This document shows, one piece after another, positions 49,700-61,775 of a stretch of DNA of 64,000 bases (position 1 is the first letter of the stretch; the number at the start of each line of letters is the position of its first letter). Under the pieces are notes generated by a model. That model was not told the DNA's origin, did no database searches, and saw only the letters and a list, made by a program, of their open reading frames with translations. The position numbers and the translations under genes are program-made. This stretch comes from the human T2T-CHM13v2.0 reference genome, Homo sapiens. The stretch lies in NCBI RefSeq assembly GCF_009914755.1, contig NC_060933.1, one strand, 5' to 3'.

Positions 49700-50480
49700 G
49701 TGCGATTGGCTGGGCCCCTTCTGCAGGCCCGGCCTCTCTAGTGGTCCCTGTGCTTTCGCCTCAGTCCTAGGATTGGCTGGGCTCCCTCCACAGGCTCCGC
49801 CTCCTACGTGGCTGCTGCACTTCGCCCCAGTCCTAGGATTGGCTGGGCTCCCTCCACAGGCTCCGCCTCCTACGTGGCCGCTGCACTTCGCCCCAGTCCT
49901 AGGATTGGCTGGGCTCCCTCCACAGGCTCCGCCTCCTACGTGGCCGCTGCACTTCGCCCCAGTCCTAGGATTGGCTGGGCTCCCTCCGCAGAACCCCCCA
50001 ACCCCACGTGGCCCCTGTGCCTTCCCTCCAGTCCTAGGATTGGCCAGGCTCCCTCCACAGGCCCCACCTCCTACATGGCCTGTGTGCCTTCATTCCAGTC
50101 CTAGGATTGGCTGGGCTCCCTCCTCAGGCCCCGCTTCCCACGTGGCCTCTGCACCTCGCTCCCGTCCTAGAATTGGCTGGGCTCCCTCCACAGGCCCCGC
50201 CTTCCACGTGGCCTCTGCACCTCGCTCCCGTCCTAGAATTGGCTGGGCTCCCTCCACAGGCCCCGCCTCCCACGTGGCCACTGCACTTTGCTCCCATCCT
50301 AGGATTGGCTGGTCTCCCTCAGGCCCCGCCTCCCACGCGGCCTCTGCACCTCGCTCCAGTCCTAGGATTGGCTGGGCTCCCTCCGCAGGCCCTCCCCCCA
50401 CCCACCCATGTGGCCCCTGTGCCTTCTCTCCAGTCCTAGGATTGGCTGGGCTCTCTCCGCAGGCCCCGCCTCCCACGTTG
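49700..50480. repeat. About 66-bp minisatellite (about 12 copies)
   Basis: ccagtcctaggattggctgggctccctccacaggc(t/c)ccgcctcc(t/c)acgtggc... Confidence 0.93.
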
Positions 50481-51457
50481 CCTATCTGCCTTACTCCAGC
50501 CGTCCTTCTCTGGACTGTTGTCTTTATCTGGTTCTGGTCGGGCAGAGATTTGTGTCACAGACTTTGACACCCCACCCATCTTAGAAGCTCGGAGCAGCGC
50601 TGTGTGCTCTGCCAGACGAGCTGCCCCTGGTGAAAGCTGGGCCTGGCCCCTCCAGTCGGAAGCCCCTCACTCTCCATTTTGCTGCTTATCAAGACCTTCG
50701 TGTGTGCGCCGTTGCTAGTTCCGGAATTGCATTCTGCACGAGGAGGGGTCGCCTATAGATTCTTAGTCCATCAGACCCCGAAGCAGAGGCCAAAGTCCAC
50801 GCCAGGTGAGCCACTCTGAACTCTGTTTCTTTGGGGTAAACCAGGAGGCAGCTTCCCGCGCCTTTGGCTTTGGGGGCTGTGGCTGGTCCTGTCCTGCGGC
50901 CGTGCTCGCCTGGTTTACTGTCTTGTCACTGCCCGCGCCGTGAAGGTTGACGGAGAGCTGCTCTCGTCCACGCCTTTACCCGCTTGTTGGTTTGGGTTTT
51001 AACCTCTTGACCTCTGAGCGTCCCTGGCTCTCTGGTTAATGTTCATGCTGGGGCAGGTTGTGGACCAGGTGTCTCTGCCGGCAGGCCCCGCCCTCTCGGA
51101 ACTCGGTCCTGGAAAGCCCCAGGTGCCTCCTTCCCCGTCTGCCTGGCTGTCGTCTGTGGTGTTGCCTCTTCCCGTCGCTGGGTAACAAACCACGCCACCC
51201 ACCCGCAGCTCGCCATGGCGGCCACCCACTCGGCCCAGTGTGCGCAGCAGGGGTTGGGCGTGCCGGGCCTCGGGCTGCACAGGCAGGGTGCTGCTGAGCC
51301 CAGGTCCCTGTGGTTGCGTGGGCAGCGTCTAGGTTCCTTGCTAGCTGCCGGCCGGGACCACCTACCTTACTCCCACGCAGCTCCTCCATCCAGGCCCCAG
51401 CAGCTCCAAGCCCTGGGTCTCCAGAGAGAATTGCTTTTAAAGGGGTTGCGTGGTTAG

Positions 51458-52815
<1,358 letters not shown>

Positions 52816-53990
52816 GACGCCGCCGGCCAGCGGGGCGCTCGGGAGCCAGGGACCGCCGCGTCGCCGATTAGAGGACGAGGAGGAGAGATTCCGCACGCAA
52901 CCGAAAGGGTCCTTCGGGGCTGCGCCGCCGGCTTCCTGGAGGGGTCGGAGGTGAGGCTGCAGCCCCTGCGGGCGGGTGTGGATGCCTCCCAGCCACCTTC
53001 CCAGACCTGCGGCCTCACCGCGGGCCCAGTGCCCAGGCTGGAGCGCACACTTTGGTCCGCGCGCCAGAGACGCTGGGAGTCCGCACTGGCATCACCTTCT
53101 GAGTTTCTGATGCTGATTTGTCGTTGCGAAGTTTCTCGTTTCTTCCTCTGACCTCCGAGGTCCCCGCTGCACCACGGGGTTGCTCTGTTCTCCTGTCCGG
53201 CCCAGACTCTTCTGTGTGGCGCCGCCGAAGCCACCGTTAGCGCGAGCTGCTCCGTTCGCCCTGCCCACGGCCTGCGTGGCTGGGGCCGAGTCCCAGGGGC
53301 CGCACGGAGGGCACAGTCTCCTGTCAGGCTCGGAGAGGTCAGGAGACCGACCCCACCACTAACTTTGGAGAAAATGTGGGTTTGCTTTTTAAAGGAATCC
53401 TATATCTAGTCCTATATATCAAACCTCTAACTGACGTTTCTTTTCGAGGAAGTGGCTTGGTGGGTGCAGCCCCCGCCGGTTCCGTTGACGCTGGCACCTT
53501 CTGTTGATTTTTTAAGCCACATGCTATGATGAATAAACTGATTTATTTTCTACCATTACTGAACATTAGGACAAACACAAAATAAAAAACAAAACACAGA
53601 CAACGGTGCTGATTCTGGTGTGGTTTCTACTCACCACGTGAAATAAACTATCAACTGTATAAAGAGAACAAAGTGATTTTAGAATAAAATGCAGGAAAAA
53701 CTTTTTTAAAGATGTTAGTCTTGTAGCGTGAATAAATTTGCCATCACCTTTTGTGTGGTGGCCTGGCAGGTCATATACTTTTTTTTGGCATATACCTTTT
53801 TAAAGACTGTAATTAGTGCAGTAACAGTGGGGTTTTTTTTGTGCAACTCTTCTAAAAACATTCATAATGCAGTCATGTTTATTTTTTTCTGTTAAAATGT
53901 TTTTGACAGTTTTAAGAGCAGTCTTTTGGCTCTGACCATTTCTTGTTCTGTTTCCAATGAAATCAATAAAAAAAAAGAAGTACTTTAAAT
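52816..53990 (+). other. EHMT1: EHMT1 3' UTR
   Basis: Follows the stop codon. GC-rich first half, AT-rich second half with several AATAAA. The end position is approximate. Confidence 0.8.
53532..53970 (+). terminator. Cluster of polyadenylation signals
   Basis: AATAAA at 53532, 53581, 53642, 53683, 53731 and 53965. Confidence 0.7.
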
Positions 53991-56280
53991 GGGGTTTTTA
54001 TTATGACACCATATTTCAGGGTCTCTGCAGAACTTGCAGGTCCCCCTGGACCCGGCCCAGCTCTCTGTCCCCTGTCCAAGGAAGTACAGCTTCCTTTTCA
54101 CCCCAGATCTGTCCCCGAAGAGGGGACGTTCCAGGCAGAGGTTAGGGGAGCCTGTGCATTTGCGCACGTGTCGAATGAGTCTGTGTGTGTCCACGAATGC
54201 ATCGTGCACGTGGTGCGAATGCGGGCACACTGGTGTGTGTGTGTGTGTGTGTGTGTTTGCATGTCTGTGTCTAGCGCCAGGTGCCCAGCTCTGGGCGTCA
54301 TTCTGGAAGCCGACAGGGCACATCAGGTGAGTCCCACAACCAGAGGCAGAGCTGCACTTGAACAGCGAGGCCGGACAAGGGAGAGCCAGAGCCCGTCCTA
54401 CTTCCTGCCAGCCATGACCCCCACTCCTCTACGGGGACCCCTAGACCCAAAGCCTCCAGCCTGCTATGTTCTCCATGCTGACTGGCCTCACTCACCACAG
54501 GAGGGCTTTTCGTGTAACCTCAGTAACACGCTCAGACACTCCACGGTTTAATACACAGAATTCACGCAGGTGTTTTTGATGCTTTTCCAGCACAGTCATA
54601 ACTGCCCTGCACTTTGTGAATAGACGGCCCCAGCAGGGTGCGCGGTCGTCCAGCCTGAGGTACGAGTGCCTGTCACCAGACATTGCGCAACTGCATGAAG
54701 GACTGGGCAGGCGGACCCAGGATGGATATGGCCCACCTGTGACCCCTCTGCACAGGGCCACAGGGGAGGCCGCATTCCTCCAGGAGCCCAGACAGCCTAC
54801 AGCCTTTCACGTCTGCGTCCGTGAGGAGGGGCTGTGTGGGGTGGGCTGGGTTCCCGCCAAGCCCGGGCTCAGGAGGGTGTAGGGGTCGCAGGTCACCTCA
54901 TCCCAGAGGCAGTGGCAGGAGGTGACTGAGGGCCCACTGGAGCTTGAACCTCAGGCTCTGCCGGTTCCACCAGCCCTGCAGGGGGAGCAGCCCTGCCAGA
55001 GGAGCAGCTGGTACAACCCCTTCCCCTGGGACAGCCCGTAGCTGGCAGATGACTCTAATTAATTTTTGTGGCTTGAGTGTCCACCTGTTCTGCTCCGTGC
55101 CCTGGGTCAGCTGCTGGGTGTACAAACAGGTATTGGTTGAATTAAGCCAACAGCAAACTTTTTGGGTGTCACGAAGGCCCACCAGGGTGGCCCCACAACT
55201 GGGCCCTGTCACAGAAAGTTCCAGCCGTTTAAAATGAGCACCCAACACAGAGCCCACCTCACATGGTCCTGGACAGCTCTGCCGTGACCGCCTTGTCCCT
55301 AAACCAGACTCGGCTTGGGAGGAAGAGACCTTACAGGGCCTTTGCGCTGTGGGGCAGCAGCTGCACGTGCTCCGGGGAGTGCAGGCCTGGGAAGGGGGCT
55401 GAGGGGACCTGCGGCAGGTGCGGGGAACAGGCAGGTGAGTCTCACAGGGACCAGGTGGGCCGGGGCAGGGCAGGAGGCCTCCCCCTCCCCCTCCCCCTCC
55501 CCTCCCTCTTTCTCCTCTTTGGATAAATAAAAATGGAAAACCCATGCAGGTTGGCCCTCTGGTCCTGCAGCAGCCAGAACCCCTCACGTGGGCAAAGCTC
55601 CTAGCAGGTTCTTAGCCCACTTGGGCAGAGAGCAGCCTGCACCCTTGTCCTGGCCCAGGCTGTAGTCTGTGAGAGAAAACAGGCTTGTGGGGCTGGAGGG
55701 GAGGCCCCTCTGAGCTCACTGGGTGGGGGTCGGCCTGCTGAGGCACTCAGTGAGTGGACTTGGGTGTGACACTGTGGAGCCCAGGGGGCCCCAGCCGGGA
55801 AGGCCAAGGAGATGGCAGCAGTGCCCACACACAGTGGGTCCTTGTGCTTGCTGGCTCCTGGCACCCCCGCCCCCCACATGCAGGCTTGAGGGACCCAGGG
55901 CCCCTTTTTTAGCTCCTCCCCTGACCCATGGTGACTCGGGAACGTAGTTCCCCCAGGGCAGGGAACAGGGCTCAGCCTCCGGCCAGGCTCCGTCAGTCCT
56001 GGGAGTGTGAGCTGGGGCCTTCCTGGGTCAGTGCGTTCCGAGGGGGCTGAATAGGGCCCTGGGGTCCCCAGCTGTGCACACCCCCTCAGGGTCTTTTGAG
56101 GCTGGGTGGACTGAGGCCCTCCCCACAGAAGGGCAGCCACCGAAACGGATGGGTTGTGAGCAGAGGCCACCCAGGTAACTCGAGGTTGCACTTGTTTTTG
56201 TGAAAGTCACACCTACTTATTACCAAAAACTCAACGCACGAGACCTGGAAGAGGAACGTGAAACACTCCAGAAATCCCCC

Positions 56281-56378
56281 TTCTCACCCCCGCCTGACAC
56301 GGGCGACAGCTGCGGCCCGCTGTGTTCACTCGGGCCGAGTGCGTCTCCTGTCAGGCAAGGGAGAGCAGAGCCCCCCTG
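56281..56378 (+). ncRNA. MIR602: miRNA precursor MIR602 (mature about 56296-56318)
   Basis: ttctcacccccgcctgacacgggcgacagctgcggcccgctgtg...ctgtcaggcaagggagag. The arms pair (gcctgaca/tgtcaggc) and the sequence matches the miR-602 I recall, GACACGGGCGACAGCUGCGGCCC. Confidence 0.9.
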
Positions 56379-57622
56379 GCTTTGGCAGGAGCGTCGGACG
56401 CAACGCGCGTCTGGACCAGGTGAAACCTTTGTGACGTATGTATGATATTTCTTTCGCGAAGTGCAATGACGCTGCGAAGGAGAATCCCGTACCTCATCTT
56501 TATCCATTTGTGCAATTGCCTTCTTAGGGAAGGGGTCAGAGGGCACGAATGGTGCCTTTTGAGATCGCTTACCAAAACATCACACAGAAGACGCCAGCCA
56601 GTTTTGCCTTCACTGATGTACGTCTCCCCCAGCTCTCACTGAGGCCCCCCCCCCGTTGCACTTCCTGCTTTTCTAATTGTCCAGAGGGTGACTCTCACTG
56701 CAGTGTTATTTTGCAGTTTCATTGTTGATAAAATTGAGCATCTCTTCTTCTTATATTTATTACAGACTAGCCTGTCCTCCTGTGTGAATTGCCTTTGTGC
56801 AAAAATTCTGTTGTGCTGCCTATATTTTTCTTATTGATTTTTGTGAGCTCTTTATATATTGTAGTTTTATATCTATACTGAATTTAAATTTGTTATGTGG
56901 CAGAAATCTGTCTTGTGACTTCTGATTGTGTAATACATTTAGAAAGACCTTCTGCATCCCCAAATTATAAAAAAAATATGCTCCAGTGCTTGTCCTAGTT
57001 CTTTGTTTTTAGGTTTCGCTCTTGAATCCAGGTGGAATTTATTTGGTGTATGGTGTGAAATGACAATATAAATTTTTTAGGCTTTTTGTTGAGGCATAAT
57101 TGGCATTTGTCAGAATGCATGGATCGAGTGCAGCTCGGTGCATTCTGACAAATGCCTTTGCCATGGGACCCACCCCTTATCAGGAGAGAGGCTGTTTCCA
57201 TCCCCCAGCCAACATTCTCTCTTCCTCCCCTCTCTGGCCCTGCCCACAAGACACATCACCCATCTGATTTCTTTCACTGTAAATTAGTTTCGCCTGTTCT
57301 AGGAGTTTCTATAACAGGAACCATGCAGTGGGTTACTTTTTTTGGCCTAGCTTCTGCTCAGCGGCTTTTGCATTTATCTGTTCTCCTGTGCGTCCATGCT
57401 TGGGTTATCTCCAGTTGGGGGCTACTGTCAATAAAGCAGCTATCAGCATTCTTGTACAGGTCTTCTTGTGTGCATGTTTTTGTCAGTCGAGGGCGAATTC
57501 CTAAGAAAGGGACTTGCTGATTCCTGTGGGGAGCCCCCTGTGTCTCTGCAGCTGGCAGCATCGTCTGTCCATGCCACTCACACATGGGAGTTCTCGTTGC
57601 TTCATGTCTTCATGAATCCTAA

Positions 57623-57984
<362 letters not shown>

Positions 57985-58159
57985 TAGTACTTTCTCTGTC
58001 CTAAGGTATTTTTGCTATAATGCTTTAGAGGGAAAAACAGGAAAATATCTTCTCGAATTTAGGAATATATTCTCCTGTTTCTCTCTAAGGCTTTTACAGT
58101 TTTGGATTTTACGTTTAGGTGCATGATTCATCTTAAATTCATTTTTGTGAGTGGAGTGA

Positions 58160-58505
<346 letters not shown>

Positions 58506-58931
58506 ATTTGTTGATTTCTTAAGAGGCTTTTCCTTTTCCCCCGTGAACTGCACTGGCTCCGTCACAGAATGTCAGCGGTGTGAACCTGTGGGCTGCATCT
58601 CAGGCCTTCTCCCTACTGGTGGGTTGTTGACCTTGAGGCCAATATCTCCAAGTGTAAAATAATGATTTGTGGTGGCACTGGTCCTCCAGCCGTGTCCTTA
58701 TTCCTAAAGATGACTCTTTGGCTATTTGGCTACACTAGGTCCTTCCTATCTTTATATAAATTTTAGAATCGGCATGTTAATTTCTACAAAACAGCCAGAT
58801 AGGATTTTTTTTAACCTTTCAGTCAACTTTATCGAGGTATCATTTAGGGATTATTGAAGGCACCTTTCATAAGTGTTTGATGCGTTTGGCAAATGTGTAA
58901 ACCCTATAACGACTACCACAATGAAGACATC

Positions 58932-59450
58932 ATCCCCCTCGTATCGTCCACGCCACCTTCCCCCGTATCGTCCACGCCACCTTCCACCCATATAGTCCAC
59001 GCCACCTTCCCCCCGTATCGTCCACGCCACCGTCCCCCCGTATCCTCCACGCCACCGTCCCCCCGTATCCTCCACGCCACCGTCCCCCCGTATCATCCAT
59101 GCCACCGTCCCCCCGTATCCTCCACGCCACCGTCCCCCCGTATCATCCATGCCACCGTCCCCCTCCGTATCCTCCATGCCACCGTCCCCCTGTATCCTCC
59201 ATGCCACCATCCCCCCCAGTATCCTCCATGCCACCATTCCCCCCCATATGCTTCACGCCACCATGCCCCTCTGTATCCTCCACACCACCATCCCCCCTCT
59301 GTATCATCCACTCCACCGTCCCCCTGTATCCTCCACGCCACCATCCCCCCATATCCTCCACGCCACCGTCCCCCTCCATATCCTCCACGCCACCATCCCC
59401 CCGGTATCCTCCACACCACCATCCCCGTCTGTGTCATCCATGCCACCACT
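58932..59450. repeat. About 25-bp C-rich minisatellite (about 20 copies)
   Basis: cccccgtatcctccacgccaccgtc, diverging towards the 3' side. Confidence 0.92.
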
Positions 59451-59597
59451 CCTGAACCCCAGACACCAATCTGTTCCTGTCAGTATAGATTAACATTTCT
59501 GTTCTGGAATTTCCTATAATTGGGTCCATGGAGTGCGCACTTCATTGCCTCTGGCTTCTTTGACCCAACATGTATTTTATTTATTTTTAAAAATCTT

Positions 59598-60365
<768 letters not shown>

Positions 60366-60589
60366 AACATTTGTTGACATTTTAAAACATCAAAACAATC
60401 TCAACCTTACAGAACAGCTGCAAGTACAATACAGAAATCTTTTTTCTCTGATCTGCTGGAGAATAAATTCCTGACTTCGTACCCCATCATCCCCAAATAC
60501 TTCCATGAGTATTTCCTACACACAGGCGGTCCTGTGTAACCACAGCGAGCTGTCAACATCAGGACATGAACCCGCACCTCATGCCCGAC

Positions 60590-61775
60590 GTAGGCTTCCC
60601 TTCGGTCCCAACCCCGAGCGTCGCTGAGCCTTGTGAATCTTCCTTTTCTACTGACCCATCTGACCTCTCACCTCCTCCCAGACTGCTCCTCCTCAGGTCG
60701 CTCCCCGCCAGGCTGAATCAGGCTCCAACTCTTCTTCAGCCTCTGCTCCTCCACCCTATAACCCTTCTATTACCTCCCCTCCCCACACCCAGTCTGGTTT
60801 ACAGTTTCGTTCTGCGACCAGCTCTCCCCCACCTGCCCAACAATTTCCTCATAGAGAGGTGGCTGGAGCTGAAGGCATAGTCAGGGTACATGTGCCTTTT
60901 TCTCTATCAGACCTTTCCCAAATCAGCCAACGTTTAGGCTCTTTCTCATCAGACCCCACTAAATATATACAGGAATTCCGACATCTAACTCTGTCCTACA
61001 GTTTAACCTGGAGTGCCTTAAATGTCATCCTAACTTCTACCCTCTCCCCAGATGAACGGGAAAGAGTATTTTCTCTAGTCCAATCTCATGCTGACAACCA
61101 CCGGCTCCACGAGCCAGACCTCCCGGAAGGCATCAGAGCAGTTCCCTGAGAAGATCCCCAGTGGAACTACCAGGCAGATTCCCCAGGTATAGCTAGGCGA
61201 GATTACATGGTTTCCTGCCTAGTTGAAGGGCTTAAAAAGGCAGCTTACAAAACTGTTAATTATGACAAACTTAAAGAAACTACCCAAGGTAAAGACGAAA
61301 ACCCAGCCCAGTTCATGGCCCGCTTGGCAGTAACCCTTAGACGCTTTACCACCCTGGCCTAAAGGGGCCAGAGGGACGCCTTATTCTTAATATGCATTTT
61401 ATCACCCAGTCAGCTCCTGACATTAGAAAAAAGCTTCAAAAATTGGAATCCGGCCCTCAAACCCCACAACAGGAATTAATCAACCTCACCTTCAAGGTGT
61501 ACAATAATAGAGAGGAGGCAGCCAGACAGCAACGCATTTCTGAGTTACAGCTACTCGCCTCCGATGTAAGACAACCCACAACCACGTCTCCAGCATCCAA
61601 GAACTTCAGGACATCCAAGCCACAGCTCCCAGGGGCTCCTTCAAAACATCCTCGTGGATCTTGCTTCAAAGGCCGAAAGCCTGGCCACTGGGCCTCAGAA
61701 TGCCTGCAGCCCGGGATTCCTCCTAAGCCGTGCCCTGTCTGTGCGGGCCCCCACTGGAGGTTGCATTGTCCCCCA
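60590..61775 (+). mobile_element. HERV-H internal fragment: defective gag (late domain, capsid, MHR, nucleocapsid)
   Basis: PPPY at 60748-60759; VHVPFSLSDLSQISQRLGSFSSDPTKYIQEF; MHR TQGKDENPAQFMARL; FITQSAPDIRKKLQKL; knuckles CFKGRKPGHWASEC and CPVCAGPHWRLHC; stop at 61147 and a frameshift near 61360. Confidence 0.92.

Noticed and set aside
49773-50567. 264-aa proline-rich ORF
   Set aside because: In-frame reading of the 66-bp repeat from a TTG start, with no splice or homology support.
58851-59519. RGG/GY-rich and proline-rich ORFs resembling RNA-binding proteins
   Set aside because: Produced by the 25-bp minisatellite.
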